Counted from the first letter of the stretch, positions 39,901 to 52,304 are shown. The stretch is 64,000 nt of DNA from Gnetum montanum (GCA_015680685.1 MNCI01000596.1:539559-603558), one strand, 5' to 3'. Numbers and translations are program-made. The notes: generated by a model from the letters alone, not told the origin.

Positions 39901-40306
39901 CCCTAAAAGGGTGTTGCACAAGCTTAGGCTGCACCACACAACATAGCCCTTTTTTGCCGATTTCACCATTGCCATTGCCATCCCTGCTAATGTGCACCTC
40001 CATTTGCTGTGTTGCTTACCTTGTCTATGTCCTTGCCCATTGCTGTCCACTGCTCAACCATCTAGTAACCACATAGGCTACCGTCGGTGTGCCACTACAG
40101 CTATTGTTGCCATTCACAATGAAATGACAAATTCTCCATTATATGATGAAAAATTTTCAATTGTCCATTAACTGACAGAAAAATTTGAAATTCCTTGTCA
40201 TTTGACAAGGAATTTAAATTTTCATTATTGTATCGTTAGTTTAAATTAGGAACTTGCAAAAATAATTTTCAAAATTGAATTTGGTGCCCTGGTAACCACA
40301 AGAATA

Positions 40307-40370
40307 AGAATTTCATAATTGAATGTGTTTGCCCTAGAGTAGAACTGGGATGGGTGACCTCTTAGGAAGT
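40307..40370 (+). promoter_or_regulatory. 5S rRNA-derived fragment spanning the Pol III internal control region (A box, IE, C box)
   Basis: Ungapped match of about 48/64 to plant 5S as recalled (AGAGTAGaACTgGGATGGGTGACCTCtTaGGAAGT, 31/35 in the 3' part); 5S ends absent; followed by TTTTCTTTTT. Confidence 0.85.
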
Positions 40371-41059
40371 TTTCTTTTTCGCGTCAAAGGTTTTAGAATC
40401 CAGAAGCTAGAACTTTTAATTTTGGAAGCCTTTTTTAGTGAATAAAGAGTCATTTCCTATAGATTTTAACCTTCCAAACCCAATGGTGGAGTTAGAATTA
40501 TCCTAGGGAATCCAAAAAATTAGTTTTTACTCCTTGCCCCATATAGTGCCTCAAGATTCTCAAAAGTTTAATTTTCATACAACTAAGCATACGATGTTCT
40601 TTTTCAACATATGAATAGTCATTTCTAACATTCTTCATCTTTCTAAACTCAATGGTGAGGTTAGATTTATCGTTTGGGCACCCAATAATTTGATGATATC
40701 ATAAATTCAACCATTTGGGTTTTAAGATTTAGTACATAACCCTTGCAGATAGTCTTAAGATCACTATGTCACGTCATTAATTACACTGCCAGAGTCAGTG
40801 TTCTTAAGGGTGATAGAAAAGCTACTAAGAATTAGATAATATAGTTACATATTACTAAAATTATATGATGTCATTAAATATTACTAAAATTAGATAACAT
40901 AATTATAAAAATAGATTTATTTGATTATTAGCTGATATATTAGTTAATGATCAGTTGATGTATTTGTTGGAAAATTAGTTGAAGAAATAGAACAATCTTT
41001 AACCATGAAGAAAATGGTATATTAATTCATCTTGCAATCAAAACATAGGACAAAACAAC

Positions 41060-42310
41060 ATGGAGACTCAAAATCTCATTTCAACAAGGAGTATGATACT
41101 CATGAAGAGAAATGATTCAAAAAAGAATCCAAGAATAGGAATGAAAGTTGCAACATACAATATGCTTGCAAGATCCCTTGTGAGTAAGAAAGAATATCTA
41201 CTATGTCCATCATGGGCCTTGAATTGGCATGAATATTGATACCCATGCATTTTAGTAGAATTACAAGATTTGAATGCTGATGTCTTGTGGTTACAAGAAG
41301 TCTTACCATGGGAATTTCTATATTAATGCCAACTAGATTTGGAAAAGATGGGATACAAAGGTATTTATAAGCATAAAGGTTCTTGTGGAAGTTCTTCTTT
41401 TGAGCTATACAGATTAGCATATTGTAGAAATTACAACATGGATAGTTGTGCGATCTTTTATAAAGAAGCCAAGTTTGAATTAGTACAAAGATTTGAATGG
41501 AGTTTAGAAAATATGATTTTTGAAATTCCAGAACTTCAAGAGATAGTCAAGAAAGAAAAATTAAGATTTTAGAAAAATCACATAGCCCTGGCAGTGATTC
41601 TAAAAATTCAATTATCAAGAAGATGTATATGCATGGTTAAAACCCATTTAATTGCCAAACCAACATGTTTAGATGTTAGACTATGTCAAGGAGAATATTG
41701 GATTAAGCAAATAGAAGAAAGTTTGAAGAATAAGTTATTACTAAGTTATACTACTTCAGTTCCATTTATTTTTTGTGGAGACTTTAATGCAAAAGTTGGA
41801 GGTAGTGTTTATCAATTCATAAAATATGGATATGTAAAGAAATCTTTGGAAGATGAACCTAACTTGAAGAAGATGTTTTCATCAATTTAGCATGTAGTTC
41901 CATTAGCCAGTGCATATTTTGCTTACTTTAAATCTTTAGTAGATAAATCAAGCTCTAAAATTTAGGAATAGATGATGTTGATGGATAGCACTCATCAAGA
42001 ATCATATTTTACAAATTACTCTACTATGATTAATGAAGATGGATCAACAACATTCTTCATTGAGACTTTGGATTATATTTGGTACAATGCATGATTCTTT
42101 CAAGTTACCAAGTTACTAGAGTTAATTTCTAAAGAAGAAGTTAAGAAGAATCAAGATCAAGCCTTGCCATCCCAAACAAGATCATCTGATCACATACCAC
42201 TTATGATAGAATTACAATTACTTGCATCAATTTATAAGGTTGATCAAGATGAAGAAGTATCTCACTCTTACATTTATTTGATTAATCTTATTATTTTATT
42301 CATTGTTTAA
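41060..42310 (+). pseudogene. CCR4: CCR4a/b-like deadenylase (EEP nuclease domain), no intron within the nuclease domain, captured in an LTR element; 7 in-frame stops
   Basis: Single frame of 417 codons: KVATYNMLA, CPSWALNW, ADVLWLQEV, DSCAIFY, THL, PFIFCGDFN, PLASAY, FTNY, TLDYIWY, LLEL, ALPS, SSDHIPL. Stops at 41237, 41324, 41570, 41888, 41963, 41969 and 42092. Confidence 0.93.
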
Positions 42311-42679
42311 TTTATATTTCAATTAGAGAAGTAAAATATCTATGATAATAAAAATTGGGGATAAAGAGTTTTCCTTGCCTTCACTTGGGTAACCAGATCC
42401 AAGTTGCACTTTGTGTGATCCTAGTTAGAACTGGTGATTGGTGGTTGATAAATCTTTAATTCATTATTTTTTCATTATCTTGGAAAAAAAAGTAATATTT
42501 AATTTTCCATATATTTTTCTCACATATATTTTGTTTACAGGATAAGCAAGAAATAACTTCAAGTTCAAAGGAGAAATCAAATTATTGGAGCACAAGATCA
42601 TGAAAGAAAGCATTAGAGCTGGAAAAAGATAGAGAATGTTGACTCATTTAAGGACAAACAAAACCTAAGGGGGGTATAT

Positions 42680-43284
42680 TGTCACATCCCCATTCCCAAA
42701 TGATGCTATTACCTAATGAAGATGGTGTCTCTTCATAACAAGTGTTATTGTCATCTTAACAAGACCTGAAACGGTAGTTGTGATTAAGACACGAAAGGGC
42801 ATGTTATAATAATGGACGTGTCTCTTAAGGTAACCTTTGGGGATTTGACCTAAGACATTTATACCTAGGGTTAGAGGTTGTGCCAACATGGAATGGCGGA
42901 GCCGGTACAGGCAAGTCATGGAGTGGCAAAGCCAATATAGGCAAACCACGAGGAGCCGGGTGAAGTGGGACAGGAAATGGACTAGCCATCCCTTCTAGTT
43001 AGGTTATAGGCCTAACCATGGTGGTAGTGTTGGATTGCCTCTAAGGGATAAATGTCAAAGGAAGAAAACCCCAAGGAACACTTTTAGAGCACACTTCAGA
43101 TATGCTATTCCATATAAATAAAGCATTTTTTCCTTTCTCTTTTTGTATTTTTCCTATTATTTCCTTTATACATAATGTTGAATACCACTTATATTTCACA
43201 TTTGGTATATTTTATTTGTACAAATAATGCCTAATATATTGTATATTTGATGTTTTCCATGACATTTTGGGCTGAGATGTCACA
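42680..43284 (+). repeat. 3' LTR of the CCR4-carrying element
   Basis: TGTCACATCCCC...GATGTCACA after the PPT. Confidence 0.95.
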
Positions 43285-44793
43285 CTTTTCTAATTGTGCA
43301 CTCTTTTACCTTCTGCTTGTACTTGCCTTGGTTAGATCTTGAAAACATCATGTTATCATAGTTATAATAGGTTCTATAAGGATAATAATATTGAACATGC
43401 CCATAATTATGACAGTAGTAACATTGAGTATATGAGTTTCTAGAAAGAAATTCATACATTGGGAGATAATTCCACTTGCCTTATCTTCTTTATGTATTTT
43501 GTGCATGCTTGTATCCAAGTCTAGATTTGTCATCAACTTGTGCTTATTTTTCCATCATCATATTTAAATTGGCTATTGCTTGAGTGAATTTCTTATGATC
43601 ACTCTTGAGATTTGTAATGTTTTAAGCTTGATGCCCAATAGAAACTTAAGAGTCATTCAATTACTTGAGGAGGTTATTGATTTCTTCCTTCTTTTCTGAA
43701 ATTTGAGTGTCTCTCTCCTTAAGTCATCTTTGGAAAAAGCTACATCTAGCTTATGGATCATCATGAAGAGTATTTTTCTCTTGTAGTTCAACAACTTAAG
43801 CTTGTAGCTTTAATTCTTGTTCATAAAACTTGCTCTTCATCTTTATGCAAATACTTTGAAATTTGATGGAAAAATTTAGAATCAATACATACCATTCTTT
43901 TTTATCCTTAATCTTCTCTTATTCAACTAGCTAATCCTCTTCTTCAAGTACCATAATGAGAATAAGATTATATTCTTCATTTATCTCTTCATCAGATGAG
44001 GAGTTCTCTAATTTATCCTAAGATTAGAGAGTCTTTTTTGTCTTTAGACTTGCCCCTCCTTTCATTTTTCTTACTTGGACTTTTTGATGCAATGTAACTA
44101 TAGCCATGATAATGATAATACTAAATGCCATTTTTCTTCTCATTATTTTTATCATTGTTCAAGGGTTTCTTTCCCTTATACTTTCTTTTGAGAATTCTAC
44201 TGAATTTGCTTATTAAGAGGGTTAATTATTCTTTATTTAAGTCCTTCAAATTAGCATCTTCTACTTCCTTTGATAATTTTGGTATAATGCTCTTCCTTGA
44301 TTATGCAAGATCATTATCCTCTTAAAGAGACATTCATATATTTTCAAGTTGCCTTAGGGTTCATCAACTTTCATGAGATTGATATCCCTCACCTAAAGAA
44401 TGGTTGTCCATTTAGAGTGGAATCTTTTGGAAAGGCTTCCCAAGATTTTTTGATAAATTCTTGAATCGAGATAATCTTTACTAAGCTCTTTAAGTGCATT
44501 TGCAACTTTATTAACTCTAAAGAAATACTGCTTTATAGTTTCATCTTCTCTTATTTTTAAATGTACTAACTTGTGATTGAAAACTTGTGCCTTATGTTGC
44601 TTTACTAAAGTAGTTTCCTAATGTGTAGACTCAAGGAGATCCTAAATCTCTTTTTCTATTTTACAACAAACATCTTAGTTAAATTCTTTTAGGCATAAAT
44701 CATAGTAGAAAGTCTTCATGATCTTAGAATTTTCCATATGTGCCCTCTTGTCTTCTTCTATTAAAATTTTGATACGCTAGGGTCTTATACAAG
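43285..44793 (-). pseudogene. Middle of SIRE-like gag (UBN2-type region and two zinc knuckles)
   Basis: KILGSLSKRFHSKWTTI, GI*YYHYHGYSYIASKSP, CYYCHNYGHVQYY; continues at 51502-51671 (N-terminus) and below 37395. Confidence 0.75.
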
Positions 44794-44798
44794 AGCTT

Positions 44799-47700
44799 TG
44801 GTGTAGGGACACTTCTTATAATCCCATTGTTCTTCCTTATGTGTATGTTTTGCAAGTTTTGGGCTTTTTGGAGATGTCTTGGAGGTCAAGGAGATGTCTT
44901 GGTTGGAAGTGAAGGCTTCATAGAAGACATCTTCAGTTGATAGGAGACGTCTTGCTTGTAGAAGAGACATCTCAAGGAAGATGCCTTGGAAATAGTAGAG
45001 ACATCTCATGTAAGAAATCTTGCCTTACAGGAGATGTCTTACCCAGGGAGGAGATGCCTTTTAAAAATATTTTACATGTCATTCAAAAGTGGTGTTTTTA
45101 TGAGAGACAAATTGAGAAGGCTAGAGATGACCCATACAATTGGGAGACTTCCAAATTAGGCTATTCTAAGTTAGAAAATAGTTGGGAGATGGAGGAAAAT
45201 GTAGAAATAGCATGGGAACCCCAAGTTGAACTTGTGGAATATTTTCCTAGGTTTTTATGTTTTTCTTCTTAATAAATATTTTGGTGTTTCATGCTTGAAA
45301 AGGATGGATAGAGAGGAAGTAAGAGAGAGACATCTTGGTAGGAGATCTTGAGTTAATAAGGACTTGAAAAGAGTGTAATTGAGCACATGGAGTGAGTGCA
45401 TGTGTGGTTGTAGCTCTAGGATCAATATGTGTGGATTGGCCTAGGTATTCTTGTCTCTTATTTACTTCTCTATATTGAATCTCAGTCCTATGTTGTGGAA
45501 GAGATTTTTCATTGGTTGTGTCTTGCATTGAGAATAACCATTATGTGGTTGTAAAGCCTCATGCTCTACAATATCGTTGGAGTGTTTTTGAGAGGTTTTG
45601 ATGTTTTATGGATTTTGAAAACCATGTTGTAATCTTTAATCAATTAATTAAAGATAAATAGTTTTCTTGTTTTCTAGTAAAAGTTATGGTCTTTTCATAA
45701 TATTTGGATTTAATATTTAAAGGTGAATTTTTATTGCAGTGAACTTGATCCAACATTATTAGTATTAGAAAATAGTTGGGCTTGAACATGTTTCAAGAAT
45801 TTTTATTTATTTTAGATGGCACCAAAGAAAAAACTGGTTAAGGCACTAAAAAGATACATGAAGATCATGAAGTCTTCCTTCTATATGATGGTTTCTTGGT
45901 TGAATAAAATTAGCATAAAGTTAGAAAAAAATGCCAGTCCTAGCCATATCCACACATACAGAGGTGATGAACATGCATGTTTAGATGAAGAAGTCTCATA
46001 ACTAGGTGGAGATGAAGCAAATGAGGAGGAAGGATAATATAGCTATAAGAGTGTAGGATTTCATCAGCTAAGGATTCTAATGGGAGGGAATCCTATTTCT
46101 CATATGAGAACTTTGAGGGCTTCAATGGTGGAAAATACTTCTTCTCCAAGTAAGCTTTATGAGGAAGATGAAGCAAGGCTTTCTAGAGCATTCAAAAATG
46201 CTACTAAATGTTTGTACATGGAGTTGAAGACCTTCAATATTGTAGATGGCACCAATGCTTTTGCAAGTTAGCTAAAGATACTTGAGAGGCATTTTTAGTT
46301 GGAAGTGGTACCAAATAACTTGAAGGCACTTATTGTTGAATCTAGATTAGAAGGTATGACTTTTACTTGGTGGGAAAAGGAGTCCCAAAGTTATGAAAGA
46401 TGAAATTGTCAATCGATTAGAGATTGAGATTTGATGAAATGTAGGTTGAAAAAAATTTGAATAGTCTCATTAGAGGCAACAGACCATTATGAGGTTAAAA
46501 TTCCTAAGGAAAGGTGACAAGGATGTCAAAGAATTTTACATTGAATTTTATGATCTATTCCATCAAGCTAAAGTAAATTTGGAGGAGTATGAATAGGCTT
46601 CAATCTTTTTAAGAGGTCTTAAAATGATGTACTAGTAGGAGTTATCTTTTAATGAGCCACAAACTCTTGATAAGGCTTATGATTTAGCACTTAGAGATAA
46701 AAAGAAATTAAGTGGATTTTGAAACAAGAGTAAATAAAATTTCAAGAGTAAGGAGAAAGGATCCAAATATGAAAAAAGATCCAAGTCTAAATCTAAAGAC
46801 AAGGAAGGTAGCCATGTCAAGAAGACTGAAAGAGGCAATGAGAAGGACAAGACTAAGAAGGACCATGGCAAGGAAGACAAAGGTCAAGACAAAATATTAT
46901 TAAAAATCTAGTGCTTTAAGTATGAAGAATGCGAACACAAGCAATGAGAATGTTCACTTCACAAGGTAGCTAAGGGTAAAGATGTGCAAACCATTGATGT
47001 GGAGGAGACATCAAGCCAAGATCTTTAGAGGGGTATTCCTAATTCTCCAAAAATTGAAGTTTCTAAATTAAATTCTTGTGCATTCATGGGGAATGTGAAT
47101 AGAGGAGATCATCCTAATAGAAAACTATTGCTTTGGATTAGAGCTAGATGTTTACTTAGTGGGGAATGGATTCATGTTTGAATTGATGGGGAAGCCTAAG
47201 AAAATGTTATTTCTTCTATGACATTTGCTAAATTGGGTTTGGTAACTAATCCTCATCCTAGACCATATAAAGTACTTTGATCATTTAGAGATTTTTCCTT
47301 AAATGTAAGGAAATAATATATATTGAAATTTAAAATTGGAGGCTTTCATGATGTTGTGAAGTGTGATATGCTTTCAATAGATTGTGCTGATGTAATTCTT
47401 GATAGACCTTGGAATTTTGATAATGCTATTCTATTTGATGAAGTAAGAAATATGGGAAATGTACCTAGATTTGATGAATTCATGAGTTGATTGATATGAT
47501 GATTGAATAAGTAAGATAATAAAGCTTACTTAATGCTTTCTTAATCCTTCTAGGAGAGAGGGAATACATTAAGAAACATGATGAAATAGGTTTTTATTTT
47601 GTTGTTGTAACAACAATTGCTACTAACCATGATGATGTGTAGGTTGAACCTCCAATAGATGTGCTAGGCTTAAAGGAGAAATTTTTCAAGGTGTTTAAGG

Positions 47701-50700
47701 GAAAATTGGATGAATTGCTACTAATGAGAAATGTACAACATTAGATTTATTTTATTCCTAGAACTAGCATTCCAAATGAGAGGGCTTACTAGATGGCACC
47801 AAATTACTGGTTTGAATTACAAAGGCAAGTAGAGGTGTTACTTGGAAATGGGTTCATAAGAGAATCCATTTTACCATGTGTAGTTCCAATAGTGCTAGTG
47901 CCAAAGAAGCATAGTGATGAATGGAGGATGTGCATTGATTCTAGGGTAGTGAATAGGATGATAGTGAGTACAAGTTTTCTATTCTAAGAATGAATGATAT
48001 CATTGATGTCCTTACTAATGCTAAAATTTTTAGCAAAATTGATTTGAAAAGTGGATATCATCAAATCAGAATTAGGCCTAGTGATGAGTGGAAGATAGCT
48101 TTTAAGATACTAGATGGATTATTTGAGTGGTTGATGATGCCATTTGGACTCAAGAATGAACATGCTACATTCATGAGGATGATGCATGATGTATTGAAGG
48201 GCTTGATTGGTAAGTGTTGTATTGTCTTTTTGATGATATTTTGGTGTAAAGATTTAATGAGGAAGAGTACTTGGATAACTTTAGGATGGTGTGTCATATT
48301 TTGGAGGAGGCATAGTTAGTGATCAATGTGAAGAAAAGTCATTTCTTCAAGAGGAAAATCACATACTTGAGTCATTTGATTTCTAAAAATTAAGTTCAAA
48401 TGAAAGATACCAAGGTGAAGACTATTAGGGATTGGCCAAATTCAAATGTTGGGGAGGTAAGATCATTCCTTGGTTTAGTATGCTTTTATAGATGGTTCAT
48501 TAAAACTTTTAGTGGTATTCTATGGACTATGTTTAGTTTGTTAAAAAAAATTAAATATTTTAGGTGGGATCATGAAACCCAAAGAAGCTTTGACTCATTG
48601 AAAGCAAAAATTTCTAGTGAATCGGTGCTTGCAATTCTAGATATCTTGAAGCTTTTTTAGGTGGAGGTGGAAGCAAGTGGAGTTGCCATTGGTGGGGTAA
48701 TTTCACAAGAAGATAGATTTTTTACTTTCTTTTCTAAGAAGTTGAATGAGTCAAGGTAAAATTATAGCATATAGGAGGAGTTGTACGCTATTCTTCAAGT
48801 AATTAAGCATTGGAGTAATTAATTTTTTCCCAAGGAGTTCACTTTGATGACATACCACAAAGCCCTTTAATTTTTAAACTCTCAAAAGAAGTTGAGGATA
48901 GTGCACATGAAGTGGGTTGCATGGTTATAGGAGTTCAATTTTGTATTGAAGCACAGAACTAGGAAAGCTAATGTGATCATTGATGCATTGTCCATTGTGC
49001 GTATGGTTAATTTTAGCATACCTCATGTGGAAGGTATGGAAGATTTTTCTTCTTTATATGAGCATGATATTGATCTTGGGTACGTTTGAAGAAGCCTCAA
49101 GAAGCCATTGTTGAGTAGGATAGGCTAGTGAAGGGACTATCATATTCAAGATGAACTATTATTTAGGAATGGAAAGGTATGTGTTCGTACTTGTGATGTT
49201 AGGAAAAATATTTTGTTTGAAAAGCATTGTAGTAGGATGGTAGGTCATATGGGCTAGGATAAAACATTGGAGCTTGTGGGTAGACACTATTTTTAGCCTA
49301 GTATGACAATAGAATTTTGTATATTTATGAAGAAGTGTTTGACTTGTAAGAAATTCAAAGAAGGTAAAGAAGAGGATGAACATTATACATCTTTTTCAAT
49401 TACCAAGAGTCCATCAAAAACTATGTTTATGAATTTTGTTAGTGATATTTCAAAAATCAAAAGTAGGAATGATGTGATCTTTGTTGTTGTGGATAGCTTC
49501 TCCAAGATGGTGCATTTCATTTCACGAATGAAAATGAGTGATGCTTCTTATGTTGTAAATGTGGTTTTCTCGCATGTTGTAAAGTTGTATAAAATATATT
49601 TAAATATTCTTAGTGACAAAGACTCTAAATTCATAGGTCAATTTTGGGGATCCCTTTGGTAAATTTTAGGGACAAAGTTAAATTTTTCTAGTGTATATCA
49701 CTTATAATTTGATGGCCAAATAGAGGTGGTGAATAAATCCTTGCTAAACATATTGAGATATTTATGTGATGTATAACATAATAGGTGAGAAAACTTATTG
49801 TATCATGTTGAGTTTTCATAAAATAGTGCTTTTCATATGGCAAATGGTAAAAGCCTATTTGAGATTAACTGTGGATTTTATCCAAAGATGGTGGACACCT
49901 TGAAAAGCTTTGATGGTGAAGCTCAATTGAGTGTTGATTTTTTTGCAAGAGATGAGGGATCTCCATGTATAAGTAAAATCAAATCTTGGAAAAAAGGTTG
50001 AGGAGAGAGTCCTCAAAAGAAACGAGGATTAAAAAAAAAGCCTAATTTTGCTATTAATGACTTGGTTTTCATGTGCTTGATGTAGAAGTGATTGAGAGAT
50101 GTTAACTTTTCTAAGTTGAAAGCCAAGAAGATGGGACATTTCAAAATCAAGGCTAAGATCAAGGATAATACATTGGAGATTGATTTACCAAATGATGTTG
50201 TTATGTATTTTATGTTTAATGTTTTAGATCTTGTATACTATCATGAACTAGCTAATGAGGAAATTATACAGGATAGCATTGATGAGTTGAAAGAGGCTAT
50301 TGATCAGTCCAAGTGTTTAATGAAGAAGAAGATAATTGTACTAAAGTGGAGGGAAGCTTCTAGCACTTGGGTTGTTTAGATGCAGGAATATCTAGTCCAT
50401 TGGAAGGATTAGTCCATGAATGATGCTGTATGAGTCCATGAGACCAAACTTCATGATTGGGGGAGCACTTCAACCCTTGCTTTCTTGTTTACATGAGTTC
50501 ACTTTTTGAAGGGTGGAAGAGTTGGTATAGGGACACCTCTTCTGATCCTCTTGTTCTTCCCTACATGTGAGTTATATAGGTTTTGGGCTTTGTGGAGATG
50601 TCTTGGAGGTTAAGGAGACATCTTGGTTGGGAGTAAAGTCTTCATAGAAGACATCTTTAGCTAGCAAGAGATGTCTTGAAATTAGAGTAGACATCTTGCT

Positions 50701-51496
50701 TACAGAAGAGATGTCTTGGGTAAGATGTCTTGGCAATAGTGGAGACATCTCAGGCAAGACCTTTTGATTCATAGGGGACATCTTATTTAGGGAGAAGATG
50801 TCTCTTGAAATAGTAGACATCTCATTCGAAACTAGTGTTTTTGCAAGAGATGCCTTGAGGAGACCAAATATGATCCATATGGCTAGGGAATTTTTAGATT
50901 TGGCTATGCTAAGTTGGGAGATTGCTGAAAGATGGAGGAAAAAGATATAAATAGCATGGGAAGCTCAAGTTGAGCTTGTGAAAGATTTCCCTAGGTTTTA
51001 ATATTATTTTAACTAATAAATATGTTGATGTTTCATGCTTGAAAAGGATAAATAGAGAGGAAGTGAAAGAAAGAAGTCTTGGTGAGAGCTTTTGAGTTAA
51101 GGAGGACTTGTTAAGAGTGTGATCAAGCACATCGAGTGAGCACAAGTACGGTTTCAACTCTAGGGTTAATGTGTATGGATTAACCTATGTGTTCTTATCT
51201 CTTATTTACTTCTTTGTATTGAATCTTAGTCCCAGGTTGTAGGAGAGATTTTCCAGTAGGTATGTCTTACATTGAGAACAACCATTGTGTGGTTGTAAAG
51301 CCGCATGCTCTACAATATTGTTGGAGTGTTTAAAGAGGTTTTAATGTTTTATGAGTTTTGGAAACCCTATTGTAATATTTTAATGAATTAATTAAAGATA
51401 GCTAGTTTTCTTGTTTTCTAACAAAATTTATTATCTTTTCATAATATCTAGATTTAGTATTTGAAGGTGAATTATTATTGGAGCGAACCTACTTCA
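44799..51496 (+). mobile_element. Complete but decayed CRM-like chromovirus (6.7 kb)
   Basis: LTRs 44799-45758 and 50523-51496, perfect TSD AGCTT (44794-44798 / 51497-51501), decayed iMet PBS, PPT GAAGGGTGGAAGAG. Confidence 0.93.
45816..50460 (+). pseudogene. Decayed gag-pol with C-terminal chromodomain
   Basis: RT PCVVPIVLVPKK..WRMCIDSR and FSKIDLKSGYHQIRIRPSDEWK; integrase FVVVDSFSKMVHFI; chromodomain relic EYLVHWKD*SMNDAV* at ~50385-50440. Confidence 0.9.
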
Positions 51497-51501
51497 AGCT
51501 T

Positions 51502-51671
51502 ACACATGTTATCATGTGAATCTTTATGGGTTCAAAGTAACCATGTTCAACAAAAGATCAAAGATCAAAATCCAAGGACTATAGAAAATACCTCATTCTT
51601 ATTTTCCAATAATTATAGTTTGATCCACTAGAGAATGAAGGCTTATGAGAAAATTACAGTAAAACAAGCAT
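51502..51671 (-). pseudogene. N-terminus of SIRE-like gag
   Basis: KPSFSSGSNYNYWKIRMRYFL*SLDFDL*SFVEHGY, the copia gag N-terminal motif. Confidence 0.8.
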
Positions 51672-51725
51672 AAATTCTTGACAATTTTAGTCTGGTACTC
51701 AAGAGATCAAGATCAATACCAAACA

Positions 51726-52260
51726 TGGATCAAATGTCATATGCTAGAGGGGAAGGTGAATAGAATGTCTTAATAAAAATTTGTAGAATATGAGTTAAAT
51801 CTAATAGCTAGAATATTCTTACAAAATTTTAAATAAATCATGGTAAAGTGCATCTAAACTCTAATTAAAATAAAATGTAAGAAATAAATAAAAGAGATAG
51901 TGCACACCAAGATTTATAGTGGGTCAGCTTGGGCCTAGTCTACTCCACAGGGCTATCCAAATCTCTTCTACCCATGGGTTCTCTTGCAATCTTTAAATCC
52001 TTAAAGAACAACACTACTTTCATGGATTTTCAATCTTCCTTTCATACAACCAGGATTTTCAAGAAAAAAAATCCTTAAAGTAGATCTCAACATAGAGGGA
52101 AAGAGATGATCCTTTTAGTATCTTATAATAGATCAATTTTCATCCAATACAAGCACAAATCACATAATAGATATAGAGTTTTTAAGCATAATAATATAAT
52201 AAGGATTTTTCATTTTTCAAGCTTTCTTACATAGTCAGTATTTCCTTTTAAGCTCTTCTT

Positions 52261-52304
<44 letters not shown>

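Larger units (their letters stand above)
37396..43284 (+). mobile_element. Non-autonomous Tekay-like LTR element (5.9 kb) carrying a CCR4-like ORF and a 5S-derived segment
   Basis: ~605-bp LTRs TGTCACATCCCC...GATGTCACA (about 88% identical over a 190-nt stretch checked by eye), PBS GGTATCAAAGC 38003-38013, PPT AAGGGGGG 42668-42674, imperfect TSD CTTAC/CTTTT, no gag/pol motifs inside. Confidence 0.92.

Noticed and set aside
40307-40370. Functional 5S rRNA gene or Cassandra TRIM
   Set aside because: Only ~64 of ~120 nt are present, as a single copy that is not tandem and not inside an LTR.
41060-42310. LINE (APE-type) endonuclease, or an intact host CCR4 gene
   Set aside because: No RT follows, and the CPSWALNW, LASAY, FTN and TLDYI motifs are CCR4-type. 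It has 7 stops, no introns in the nuclease domain and lies between LTRs, so it is not the host locus.
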